A stretch of DNA of 63,361 nt, counting the filler, from Octopus bimaculoides (taxonomy: Eukaryota): the NCBI RefSeq assembly GCF_001194135.2. It is 5 parts of 4 records of this genome, joined end to end, with 100 filler letters (N's around TTAATTAATTAA, not from the genome) between each part and the next. Parts side by side here need not be neighbours in the genome. Positions count along the whole stretch, not along the records: positions 40,362 to 52,207 come from NC_068981.1; positions 52,308 to 63,361 come from NC_068983.1; 3 more parts are not named here. One strand, written 5' to 3'. The notes under the pieces are model-generated. The model made no database searches. It saw nothing but the letters and a program-made list of their open reading frames with translations, and was not told the DNA's origin. Each line of letters starts with the position of its first letter. Position 1 is the first letter of the stretch. Below are positions 48,558 to 59,477 of this stretch, one piece after another. Made by a program: the position numbers and the translations under genes.

Positions 48558-49834
48558 CAGGGGTTGGACAAAATAATGGAAATACCTTGAAATTTCAAAC
48601 AAATTTAATTTAATATGGAGTAGGACCACCTCTGACAGTAATTACAGCTTGAATTCTACGAGGTATGGACTTGTACAAAGTTTGAATTGTTTCCGAAGGA
48701 ATTTTTGTCCATTCTTCAGCTAAAACAGTCTCCAGTTCTTGTGGTGATGATGGTGGAGGATATCGACTCCTTACTTGTTTTTCTGAAATGCACCATAAAT
48801 GTTCAATGATATTGAGATCTGGGGACTGTGGTGGCCACATAAGATGTTCAACTTCACTAGAATGTTCCTCGTGCCATTCAGTAACAATTTTAGCTGTGTG
48901 AATTGGTGAATTATCATCCTGAAAGATTGCGTTTCCCTCCAGAAACAGTTCCGCAACCATAGGATGAATGCTTAAATAGTCTTGACTATTAATTCTGCCA
49001 TGGAGGGGAACCATTGGGCTGGCGGATTTGCAAGGTATAGCCCCCCGCCTCCCCCAGATTATCACAGATCCTCCTCCATGTTTAACAGCTGGAAGAAGGC
49101 AGTCTGGGTCAAATGCTTCTTTTGACTGTCTCTACACGTATACTCGGCCGGTGGTTGGAAATAGGGTAAAGGATGACTCATCCGAGAAAATAACATTTTT
49201 CCACTGTTCTAGGGACCAATTCTGTGGGTTTTTACTCCACTCTAAACGCTTTACAACGTTTTTCTCTTTTTTTTTTCAAAGTAGCGGTTTTCTGATTGCA
49301 GCCCTCCCGTGAAATCCGGCTTTGTGCAGCTCCTGGCGAACAGCTTTTGTGGAAACTGGGTTCTCGAGGTGGTCGTTAAGCTCTGCAGTAATTTTGGGAG
49401 ATGTACTTTTGTGATCTTTTCTAACAATTTGCGTAAGAGTCTGACGGTCCCTGTCTGAAAGTTTTGGTTTTCTTCTAGAGTTTTGTTTCGACAAGGAGGC
49501 TTTTCCCTCTTTGTCAAAGGCTGTCATTACTTTCAAGACAGTACTTCTTGATACATCAAACATTTCAGCTGTTTTCATTACGCTAGCGCCTGCTATATGA
49601 GCACCAACAATTTAACCTTTTTGAAAGTCCGATAGATCTGTCATTTTAATGAATTTTAATTACCTTTTTCTGATGATCTCTGAAAAGAAACAGCTATTTT
49701 AACAAAATATATTAAGCAACACTAATAATAAATCAAAAAAACTTTAAAATAAACAGGCTTTTGACGGTTTTATAGATATTTCAAACTTATGATACTATGA
49801 TGCCAGGTGTTTCCATTATTTTGTCCAACCCCCG
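48558..49834 (-). mobile_element. Near full-length Tc1-type DNA transposon with DD36E triad (Incomer-like), ~30-bp TIRs
   Basis: TIRs CAGGGGTTGGACAAAATAATGGAAATACCT (48558-48587) and the reverse complement of 49805-49834 (28/30), with TA after 49834. The left flank is an N gap. Confidence 0.93.
48610..49644 (-). pseudogene. Tc1-type transposase pseudogene (stops and frameshifts)
   Basis: MTDLSDFQKG*IVGA..GRAAIRKPLL / FSDESSFTLF / HGGGSVIIWG / FQDDNSPIHTA..WPPQSPDLNIIEHLW..GGPTPY*. I count 36 residues between the second catalytic D and the E. Confidence 0.9.
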
Positions 49835-49847
49835 TATATATATATCG

Positions 49848-50208
49848 TCGTCGTCGTGGCACTCCGTCGGTTACTACGAAGAGGGTTCCAGTTGATCCGA
49901 TCAACGGAACAGACTGCTCGTGAAATTAACATACAAGTGGCTGAGCACTCCACAGACACGTATACCCTTCACGCATTTCTTGGGGAGATACAGCGTGACG
50001 TGACAAGGCTGGCCCCTTTGAAATACAGGTACAACAGAAACAGGAAGAAAGAGTGAAAGACAGTTATGGTGAAAGAGTACAGCAGGGTTCGCCACCAACC
50101 CCTGCCGGAGCTTCGTGGAGCTTTAGGTGTTTTCGCTCAATAAACACTCACAACGCCCGGTCTGGGAATCGAAACCATGATCCTAACCACTGGGCTATTG
50201 CGCATCCA
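49848..50208 (-). mobile_element. tRNA-derived SINE (head at right, tail at left)
   Basis: Minus head CAGTGGTTAGG..GGTTTCGATTCC; its tail is the reverse complement of 50640-50770. Confidence 0.85.
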
Positions 50209-50447
50209 CTATACACACACACACACACACACACACANNNNNNNNNNNNNNNNNNNNNNNNNNNNNNNNNNNNNNNNNNNNNNNNNNNNNNNNNNNNNNN
50301 NNNNNNNNNNNNNNNNNNNNNNNNNNNNNTATATATATATATATATATGCTTGTATAGTGCTATTAAGTTAGACATGGACTGGACTAATATTTGGTCGAA
50401 ACAAGTTATCTAAGTATATATACATATATGTATATGAGTGTGTGTGT

Positions 50448-50775
50448 GGAGGGGCGTGGCTCAGTGGTTAGGGTATTCGATTCACGATCGTAAGGTCGTG
50501 GGTTCAATTCCCGGCGACGCGTTGTGTCCTTGAGCAAGGCACTTTTATTTCACGTTGCTCCAGTTCACTCAGCTGGCAAAAATGAGTAGTACCTGTAATT
50601 GAAAGGGGCCAGACTTGTCACACTCTGTGTCATGTTGAATCTCCCCGGAGAACTACGTTAGGGACACACGTGTCCGTGGAGTGCTCAACCACTTGCACGT
50701 TAATTTCATTGGCAGGCTGTTCAGTTGATCGGATCAACTGGAACCCTCGTCGTCGTAACCGACGGAGTACCAGTT
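50448..50775 (+). mobile_element. Full-length tRNA-derived CORE-like SINE
   Basis: A-box TGGCTCAGTGG, B-box GGGTTCAATTCCC, CORE-like TGTGTCCTTGAGCAAGGCACTT, tail hairpin CAGTTGATC-G-GATCAACTG. Confidence 0.9.
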
Positions 50776-51226
50776 TATATATATACAAATGTGTGTGTGT
50801 GTGTGTGTATGAATATGTACGAATACAGCCATTTTGCGTATTTATTTAAATACTAAATGGGAATATACAAATCCATCCTTATTCCTTCAGCCAACAATAT
50901 AACTACCACTACTACTACTACTAGAATTATAACTCCAGCTACCGCTTCTATCACAGCTATTGCTACAATTATCAGCATCATATCATCATCATCATCATCA
51001 TCATCATCGACAACATCATCATCATCATCATCATCAGTCATATTTGATCTGCACGCATCGTTAATAGGTTCCTGGGTATATTGCGGGACAAACTGGTGTG
51101 CATAATTGTGTGTGAATGTATATACGCATTGTATGCTGTACATATATATCTATTGTATATGTAACTATATATATATGTGTGTGTGCATGTGCGCGTGCAT
51201 ACATATGTGTATATATATATATATTG

Positions 51227-51271
<45 letters not shown>

Positions 51272-51718
51272 GTATGTATATGTATTTATTCATAATGTGT
51301 ATGCATATATGTGCCTGTGTGTCTGTGTTTCTGTGTGTGTGTACGTATACTCACGCATACGCATGTACTTATTCTTAATTTATGTAATTTATCATGCGTG
51401 TGTGTGTGTTTGTGTGTATAGACAGGTATGCCTATATATATATATAATATATATACATGCATACATACATACATACATACATACGTATATGTATATGCAA
51501 ATATATATATATATATATATTGTGATATTCTAATTTGGTTATTTATTTGCGTTTATATAAACACATGTGTAATATCAACATACATTTATACAGATATATA
51601 TGTTTGTCAATAATATATAAATATATGCGTATATATGTCATAATATGTATGCTATATAGTATATGTTGTAAATATATGTGTTATACATAAGTTACATATA
51701 TATATGTAACTTATGTAT

Positions 51719-51782
<64 letters not shown>

Positions 51783-52087
51783 GTATCTGTACATATGGAT
51801 ATACATACATATATATGAATTGTACAACCAGCGCACGTACACGATATAAGTACAGATACAAACACATGGGCTCACACACAATAACACACACACACACACA
51901 CACACACACCGCACATACAAACAAGAGCAAATTATCTCGATTCTATTTGACTACTGGAATAGAAATTATTCGAAAATATATTGTTTCTACAGATCTTTCA
52001 ATAATTGTTGTGGCTGTTGTATATATATATATATTACTTACAGAGCAGAGATAGCGTAGAAATAATTACGCTACAACTACACACCCA

Positions 52088-52124
<37 letters not shown>

Positions 52125-52207
52125 ATCACATCTCAGTACACATCTCTGGAAGCAAACACACATGCATACATACACCCATATATATGTATATATATCGATA
52201 TATATAT

Positions 52208-52307
52208 NNNNNNNNNNNNNNNNNNNNNNNNNNNNNNNNNNNNNNNNNNNNTTAATTAATTAANNNNNNNNNNNNNNNNNNNNNNNNNNNNNNNNNNNNN
52301 NNNNNNN
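52208..52307. other. Assembly join: N44 + TTAATTAATTAA + N44
   Basis: Linker at 52252-52263. Confidence 0.95.
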
Positions 52308-52837
52308 TATATATATATATATATATATTCATACTTGTACACACACATACAAATAAACATACACACAGTCACATATATATGTACACCTTTATGTATTTGC
52401 CTTGCCAGATTTTTTATGTAAAATCGTGTATTGAAACTGATATTGCTATATTTGAGGATGTTATTGGCAAAACAGGCATGTGCAGGCTGCACATGTAAAT
52501 ACACGCAGAGATACTGACTGATACGCATGCGCAAATAGGGATGCATAACATAGAGACACAAAATGAAATAGGCCGTGCAAGAGAGAATAGAACTCTCAGA
52601 ATACACAAAGGCGTAAAAGAGATCACATAATGTATGATGAAAAAACTCTGACAAATATACTAACTAATAAAAATAAAGCTAAAATGAATACCAAATAACT
52701 AGGTGCATTGGCCGTCCCCAAATATAATATATATTTATATACATATACACAGACACACACACACACACACGTATATACGTATACACACATTTGCACACAC
52801 ACACGTACACACACACACACGTACACACACACAACAT

Positions 52838-53009
52838 AGGCGCAGGAGTGGCTGTGTGGTAAGTAGCTTGCTTACCAACCACATGGTTCTGGGTTCAGTC
52901 CCACTGCGTGGCACCTTGGGCAAGTATCTTCTACTATAGCCTAGGGCCAACCAATGCCTTGTGAGTGGATTTGGTAGACGGAAACTGAAAGAAGCCCGTC
53001 GTATATATC

Positions 53010-53010
<1 letters not shown>
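52838..53010 (+). mobile_element. Well-preserved SINE 5' module ending in (TA)n
   Basis: TAGGCGCAGGAGTGGCTGTGTGGTAAG..GGGTTCAGTCCCACTGCGTGGCACCTTGGGCAAG..CGGAAACTGAAAGAAGCCCGTCG. Confidence 0.9.
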
Positions 53011-53044
<34 letters not shown>

Positions 53045-53284
53045 TATTATATATGTATATATATGCATGAGTGTGTGTGCGCGTGTGTTTGTGTTAAGTT
53101 ATAATAAAATTCTACCTGTCTTTAAACTGCAGCATTAATATATTTTTGTAGCGTAGCTATTTACAAGTAGGGTGACAATGACTTCAAATTTTCTATCTGT
53201 TAGCTTTCATCACACAGTCCAACGAAGACGTTTAGACTCAAACTTCAATTGTTAATAGCTAACACATACATAAATACATACACA

Positions 53285-53328
<44 letters not shown>

Positions 53329-53781
53329 ACCCAAATAATAAGACAATGCTTTAACACATCATTAGATTCGTTACAATTATATCTGTGCTATATTTGTGAG
53401 CGCGCGCGCGTGTGTGTGTGTGTGTGTGTGTGTGTGTATCTGTGTATGTGTGTTAACCAATCGAGCCTTCGATGGATTGTTAGTCCAATAGTCGTGTACA
53501 CATGCAATGGCTCAATATCACTTCTTTACTGTTAGTCAGCCTGTTAAGTATTTTACTCACTATCTAATCGATCTTTTGTTCAATGTGTTTGTTGAACAAT
53601 CAATCTGTTATTTGTTTGTTTGATGTGTCAAGGGTTTTTGTCATTTCGGCTCACTTTTAACTACGTCTTCAGAACAATGGAAGTGTATATTTGTATATAC
53701 GCTTCCGTATCTGTGTAGTAAGTAAACTCTCATTCCTACAATAATACAGATGAGCGTGCTTGTGTGTGTATGTGTGCGTAT

Positions 53782-53822
<41 letters not shown>

Positions 53823-54235
53823 TCTGTGTGTGTGTGCTTCTCTGTGTGTGTGTGTGTAAGTCAATGTGTTAAAATATTAAGATATCCCCTAAAATACGTC
53901 ACAAAAATATTTCAGCTAACCCTCAGTTTCTACATATTATATATATATATATATATATATATNNNNNNNNNNNNNNNNNNNNNNNNNNNNNNNNNNNNNN
54001 NNNNNNNNNNNNNNNNNCGATATATATATATATATATATACACAAACATATATATATACACACACACACACATACATACATGCATACATACATACATACA
54101 TACATAGACACACACACGTGCGCGTACGTGCGCTTACATGTATACATGTATGCGTTGCAGACAAAATGGCTTCCGTTTTTCCTGTTTTGCTATCGATTTT
54201 TTAATGTAAGCTGATACTAGAAAGAGAAAGAGGAA

Positions 54236-54251
54236 GAGAAGGAAGGAAGGA

Positions 54252-54311
<60 letters not shown>

Positions 54312-54320
54312 AAAAGAAGC
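54236..54320. repeat. (GGAA)n/(GAAA)n tetranucleotide tract
   Basis: Read directly. Confidence 0.95.
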
Positions 54321-54539
54321 GGAGAGAGAGAAGGAATGAGAAAGATTCTGTATATGATTTATAGCATGCTTGTTGGTGTGTGTCTGAGTTCTACTGTGTT
54401 GGCAGTATTATAACATGCTATGTGTGTTCCCAAACCAGCCTTTCATTTATCTTACAATTCTCTCCTCACTGCGATTTGACGTCCACTATCCTATGGTTAC
54501 CTATTTTATAATGGAAAAGCTATCGTTTATCTTTCACTT

Positions 54540-54750
54540 TTTACTTATTTCAGTCATTGACTACGGCCATGCTGGGGCACCACCTTGAAGAATTTTTAGT
54601 CAAGCGTATCGATCCCGGTATTTATCTCTTTAAAGCTTGGCATTTGCTCAGTCGCATCTTTTAGCAAACCGCTAAGTTGCTGCGTGAATGTAAATACACC
54701 AGCATCTGTTGTCAAGCGACAGTTTGGTGTCAAACACAGACACAAATACA
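54540..54750 (-). mobile_element. SINE 3' module
   Basis: CTTATTTCAGTCATTGACTACGGCCATGCTGGGGCACC..AAACCGCTAAGTT..TTGTCAAGCG is the reverse complement of the tail at 30680-30890. Confidence 0.8.
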
Positions 54751-54770
54751 CGCACAAATAAGCATAGATA

Positions 54771-54830
54771 TGTGAGAGTGTGAGAGTGTGAGAGTGTGAG
54801 AGTGTGAGAGTGTGAGAGTGTGAGAGTGTG
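54771..54830. repeat. (TGTGAGAG)n 8-mer tandem repeat, about 7 copies
   Basis: Read directly. Confidence 0.95.
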
Positions 54831-54857
54831 TGTACGTAAATGTCGAAAGATGGAAAT

Positions 54858-55020
54858 GAGTGCTCAACGCCGCATTGGTAGATATAATTTCTTTATTTGC
54901 GAATTAAGGCTACCATTGGTTTCATGTTAAGAAATGTAGGAAAATATCCCAGTGTCTTAACGATTTTTTAAGCCGATCACATGGCGAAAGGTGTTCGCCT
55001 TCATTTTGGAAAACAGTCTC
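54858..55020 (-). mobile_element. Solo copy of the PLE pseudo-LTR segment
   Basis: GAGTGCTCAAC..CGCATTGGT.GATA..TTAAG.CTACCATTGGTTTCATGTTAAGAAA is collinear with 44334-44480. Confidence 0.8.
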
Positions 55021-55084
55021 GCTTCGATTACTTGGTTTCTCGCAAATTCGCCTAGATAAAACATAATATAGATAAAATCGCACG

Positions 55085-55190
55085 GATTTCATTCCAGTTT
55101 CCCTCTACGAAATCCACTCATAATGCTTTGGTCAATCCATGGCTATTGTAGAAGACACTTGCCCACGGTGTCACGCAGAGGAAGTGTACA
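55085..55190 (-). mobile_element. SINE head fragment
   Basis: CAGTTTCC.TCTAC.AAATCCACTCA.AA.GCTTTGG..GGCTAT.GTAGAAGACACTTGCCCA.GGTG is the reverse complement of 52900-52990. Confidence 0.75.
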
Positions 55191-55460
55191 CCCACTGTTG
55201 ATTGAAGGAGATCGCAGTACTTAACTGTTACTATGTATTACTGACGCCGAATTAATGAGAGGCAAATTTGACCTATACAGAAGTCGAACTCAGCAGGTAA
55301 AGGTCAGCATGAGACGCCAACAAATGATTCCTCGAATTGTCTACCACGTCAGGGTAGACTGATATTTGTGCGCAGGGCTGGTGAGTGGGTTGTAGGTATA
55401 TGTGTCTTTTTGGTGTGCCGCTTAACCAACACAAATGCGCTTACACACACGCATAAAATC

Positions 55461-55676
55461 CTTTTCTACTATAGGCACAAGGCCTGAAATTTGGCGGAAG
55501 GGGACTAGTCGATTACATTGACCCCATTGTTTCACTAGTACTTAATTTATCGACCCCGAAAGGATGGAAGGTAAAGTTGACCTCAGCGAAATCTGAACTC
55601 ACTACGTAGCGACGGGCGAAATACCACTGAGTATTTCGTCCAGGGCGCTAAAGATTCTGCCTACTCGCTGCCTTAT
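55461..55676 (-). mobile_element. Full-length tRNA-derived SINE forming the 3' part of a chimeric retrocopy
   Basis: Same family as 17953-18185. Shares the TSD CACACACG(CA)TAAAATC (55444-55460, 55720-55734) with the adjoining tRNA fragment. Confidence 0.88.
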
Positions 55677-55718
55677 TGGCTCCCAGGCAGGGAATCGAAC
55701 CCGGTCTCTTGCGTGACA
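55677..55718 (-). pseudogene. tRNA-Asp(GUC) 3' half retrocopy ending in CCA
   Basis: Minus strand TGTCAC-GCAAG-AGAC-CGGG-TTCGATT-CCCTG-CCTGGGA-G-CCA matches metazoan tRNA-Asp from U33 to G73, plus CCA. Confidence 0.8.
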
Positions 55719-55909
55719 TCACACACGTAAAATCAAATGGTTATATACGTACGTTCGCGCACACACAGATAACTTCGATTAGGCTATGAGCAACTTAAGC
55801 GTGAATTGGAGAGCGAAACGATACTTATGTAGAAATTCTGTAAAATTACAAAAATGGGAGAATATTCTCCACTGAATAGGTGCAGGCGTATCAGTGTGTG
55901 TAAATCGGC

Positions 55910-56100
55910 GTAGGCGTGGAACTGTGGTAAGAATCTTACTTCTCAACCACATAGTTCCGGGTTCAGTCCCGCTTCGGCAAAGGATTCAGTCCCGGTTTAA
56001 AAATAAATCATGGGATTCATTTGTTCAACTAAAATCCTTCAAATGAGTGCGTCAGCATGGCCGCATCAAAATGACTGAAACAAGTATAAGATAAAAGAGA
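55910..56100 (+). mobile_element. Internally deleted SINE (head fused to tail)
   Basis: Head to GGGTTCAGTCCCG, a second TTCAGTCCCG, then the tail CAGCATGGCCGC..ATGACTGAAACAAG..GATAAAAG. Confidence 0.75.
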
Positions 56101-57325
56101 AAGAGAAACGATGAAAGAATACAAAAGAATGATATGCATGAATGCGAATCTCCCCCACCCCCACTGGGCAACTACTCTGTTTCCTTCTCTACTACTCTAT
56201 ATACACCTTCCAGTAAGACCACCACGTACAGAAATTAAATTTCCTGAGAAATCCATTCCTTTCTAATTTTATGATATAATGTTCGTTTGTACAGGATGTG
56301 AGACTTTCATTTATTTTTAATATATCCATCGGTATTTGATTTCTCCATGTGAAATGCATTAGTATGCATTCATACATACATTAGATACATACATACATAC
56401 ATACAAACACATGCATTTCAGCATGTGTGTGTGTATACGTATTAAATACATAATTTTACATTACATTATATTTTATTGTAAACATACATGTAACAGAATG
56501 AGAGTGTCTGAAATTTTATCTCTCCGTACACGCACACACACACACACACATACACATTTAGCATCACGTGCATGCACTTTTGTTCTTTGGAGTGAATAGT
56601 TGCATGCGAAAACAAACTGTACGCATATGTGAAAGTATATTTGAATTTGTGCGTGATTAAGCATGTTTAACGATTTGTACATCTGCAAGTTTCTTTGAAA
56701 TTCGTGCCAATTTGAAAGAGAAATTAGGCGTGTTTATGATTTAGCCTGTAATTATAAATGAGTGCGTTATAATGTATAATCCGCAAATGAAAGTTATATG
56801 GTTTAAGCTTTTATCCAAGTCGAATTTGATGATAACACTATAACGTGATGAGTGGGGATTTTTGTTGATCTAACTACTTGGTCGAAAACCATTAGAGACC
56901 TGGTCCCCTCATCCCTCATGCCTCATGTTTGCTTATGTCTTTCCTCTGCATGTATTCGTGTGCATTAAACTTATTCACGTATGCGATGAAGCATGGTTTT
57001 CGTTGGCTTTATCGAGAAAGAGTCCTTGTGTATTTATACAAACGTGTATATGTAATCGTTTACGCGTGTACAGATATGTGTGTTTTTGTTTTCTTCTTTT
57101 TGGGGTTTTTTTTGTTCTTTTTTGCTTTTTACACCAGTATCGCGTGCCATTGTAATGGGAGCAAGTATTCATTTGCATTAGTTTTGATCTATGGAAGACA
57201 AAATACACAACAATATTTATGTTCAGATTTGCGTAGATTCCGTGGGAATTTATGTTTGTTATATATATGTGTTTGTGTGTTTGTGTTTAATGCCAGTTTA
57301 GTGTTCTGTGTTAAGAGCATGTATG

Positions 57326-57372
<47 letters not shown>

Positions 57373-57734
57373 GCATGTATGCATTATGTATCAATGTAAT
57401 ATTTTGTAAGTGAGATAATAACAGATGACAATATAATTATTTGTGTATCTGCATAATATGGATTGCGTTCTATTGCACAGCAGACATGTATGTATTTCCA
57501 TACCTTCCGTGTACGATAAAATATATAATTGTATTTATGCGTATATGGGCTTAAATGAGCGCGTGTACGTAAGAAGCGATTTCTGTGTGCTTATGTGTAT
57601 ATGTGTTTATTCTCACTTTCTTGTCTTCGTGTGTGTTGGGATTACGATTGAATTTGCATATATTAATGCTCTCTGTGAGATAAAATATGTAATATTATGC
57701 ATTTACAAATGTGTACTTGTGTGCAGTGTGTATG

Positions 57735-57812
57735 TGTATACGTCTGTTTTATCTACGTCTGTTTTGTGTATACGTCTGTTTTGTGTATGTGTATACGTCT
57801 GTTTTATCTACA
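57735..57812. repeat. ~17-bp tandem repeat (GTGTATACGTCTGTTTT-like), 4 units
   Basis: TACGTCTGTTTT occurs four times. Confidence 0.8.
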
Positions 57813-57961
57813 ATTTTTCTATAATTTTTTCAGTGTTGGAAGCATCTATCATTTCTCTATGTGCGGTAGGATATATATTTTTCTGCAATTGTACGTAAGT
57901 TTGCATATTTGTTTTAATGTATAATTGAATGCATAATTGTAATTTGTTAATCTGATATCAT

Positions 57962-57999
<38 letters not shown>

Positions 58000-58218
58000 C
58001 ATGTATGCATCCATGCATACATATTTATGTATAATGTCATATCATATCTTATATATTATATTATATTATATTATACTATACTATATTATATTTACGTATT
58101 TATTCATTGCTTTATTTAATAACAGCTTGGTTTTGACTTGATTTCGTTACATCCGTTTTAAGCTTCGTATATACACATAAATATTTGTATATATATACAC
58201 ATATATATATATATGTTT

Positions 58219-58250
<32 letters not shown>

Positions 58251-58448
58251 NNNNNNNNNNNNNNNNNNNNNNNNNNNNNNNNNNNNNNNNNNNNNNNNNN
58301 NNNNNNNNNNNNNNNNNNNNNNNNNNNNNNNNNNNNNNNNNNNNNNNNNNNNNNNNNNNNNNNNNNNNNNNNNNNNNNNNNNNNNNNNNNNNNNNNNNNN
58401 NTACATACAGTTAGGTCTAATATATACACATAAATATATATATATGTT

Positions 58449-58495
<47 letters not shown>

Positions 58496-58959
58496 GCATA
58501 CATACAGTTAGCTCTAATCAAATAGACCTGCTGTCTATGTGTGTGCATGCGCATGTATTTATTTATTCAATATTCAGTTAAATATTATCTAGTGATATTT
58601 GTATATTTGTATTTAATTGTGAACGAGCTAGAAGTATCCGTGTATTTAGGAATAAGTCCGTACTTGTTTGTCATTTATACGCTCACCACGGTCATGGTTA
58701 TCTACATTTTAAATTTAGCTACGTTCACAAATATGTGTAAGAAGGAAAATTAAGACGCTCGCCATTGTTTACTTCAATTTGTGTCGAACGAAAGTCTTTG
58801 GTATTTTTAAGAACTTGAAATATTGCAAATAAGTTGTCAAATCAGGTTTGTTTCACCAGGTATTTTTTATACTAAGGGAAACGATACCAGAAACAATATA
58901 ACATAACCATTTTAGATTTAAGGACATTAAGAAGTACAGCATAAGGATGGAATATGTGA

Positions 58960-59223
58960 ACATAAATGAAAAATATTTCCTTCTCGAGCAATGCCAGTTT
59001 CATGAGTGCCAGTTTCCTGGTTTAAATGGCGTATATACTCCCCCACTTGCATGGGACGCCAGTCCGTCGAAGGATTACTCATTTCTGCCAGCTGGGTGGA
59101 CTGGAGCAATGTGAAATGAAGTGTTTTACTCATGAACAGAACGCGTCGTCCGGTCCAGGCATCGAAATAACAATCTTACGATCATGATTTCAGAACCCTA
59201 ACCACTTAACCACGCACCTCCAC
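58960..59223 (-). mobile_element. tRNA-derived CORE-like SINE
   Basis: Minus head GTGGAGGTGCGTGGTTAAGTGGTTAGGG, core CACTTCATTTCACATTGCTCCAGTCCACCCAGCTGGCAGAAATGAGTA. Confidence 0.85.
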
Positions 59224-59362
59224 TATAAATGAACATGGTCGCCTATAAATATAGAACCATGTATCTGAAGAAAATCATTCGACCACGATAAATGTTACAC
59301 TAAAAAGCTTGTCAATAAAGAAGAAGCATATCATTCGTCCACGTTACGTTACTCTAAAACTT

Positions 59363-59477
59363 GCCAATAAAGAAAGCTAGCTCATCAGATCATCAGAACA
59401 TCATGGCTACACCAATGGTTCACTCTCAATTGTTGGCATAATCACGATATTCTGATGATCTAGTTTTCTTTATTTGC
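59363..59477 (-). other. Imperfect hairpin; inner 71 nt are pre-miRNA-like on the minus strand
   Basis: On the minus strand 59389-59415 and 59433-59459 form 26/27 pairs (5 G.U) around a 17-nt loop. An outer 18-bp stem matches at 16/18. Confidence 0.45.

Noticed and set aside
53635-53680. CTGAAGA..CCGAAA on the minus strand
   Set aside because: Stem II does not pair and no UH cleavage site follows.
55677-55718. Functional tRNA-Asp gene
   Set aside because: The 5' half (acceptor 5' strand, D arm, A-box) is missing and the T-stem has a deletion; kept as a retrocopy.
56845-56930. GTGATGA as a C/D snoRNA box C
   Set aside because: No box D (CTGA) or terminal stem within range.
18812-59223. A-box/B-box pairs as tRNA genes
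   Set aside because: Each continues into SINE core and tail sequence and cannot form a cloverleaf.
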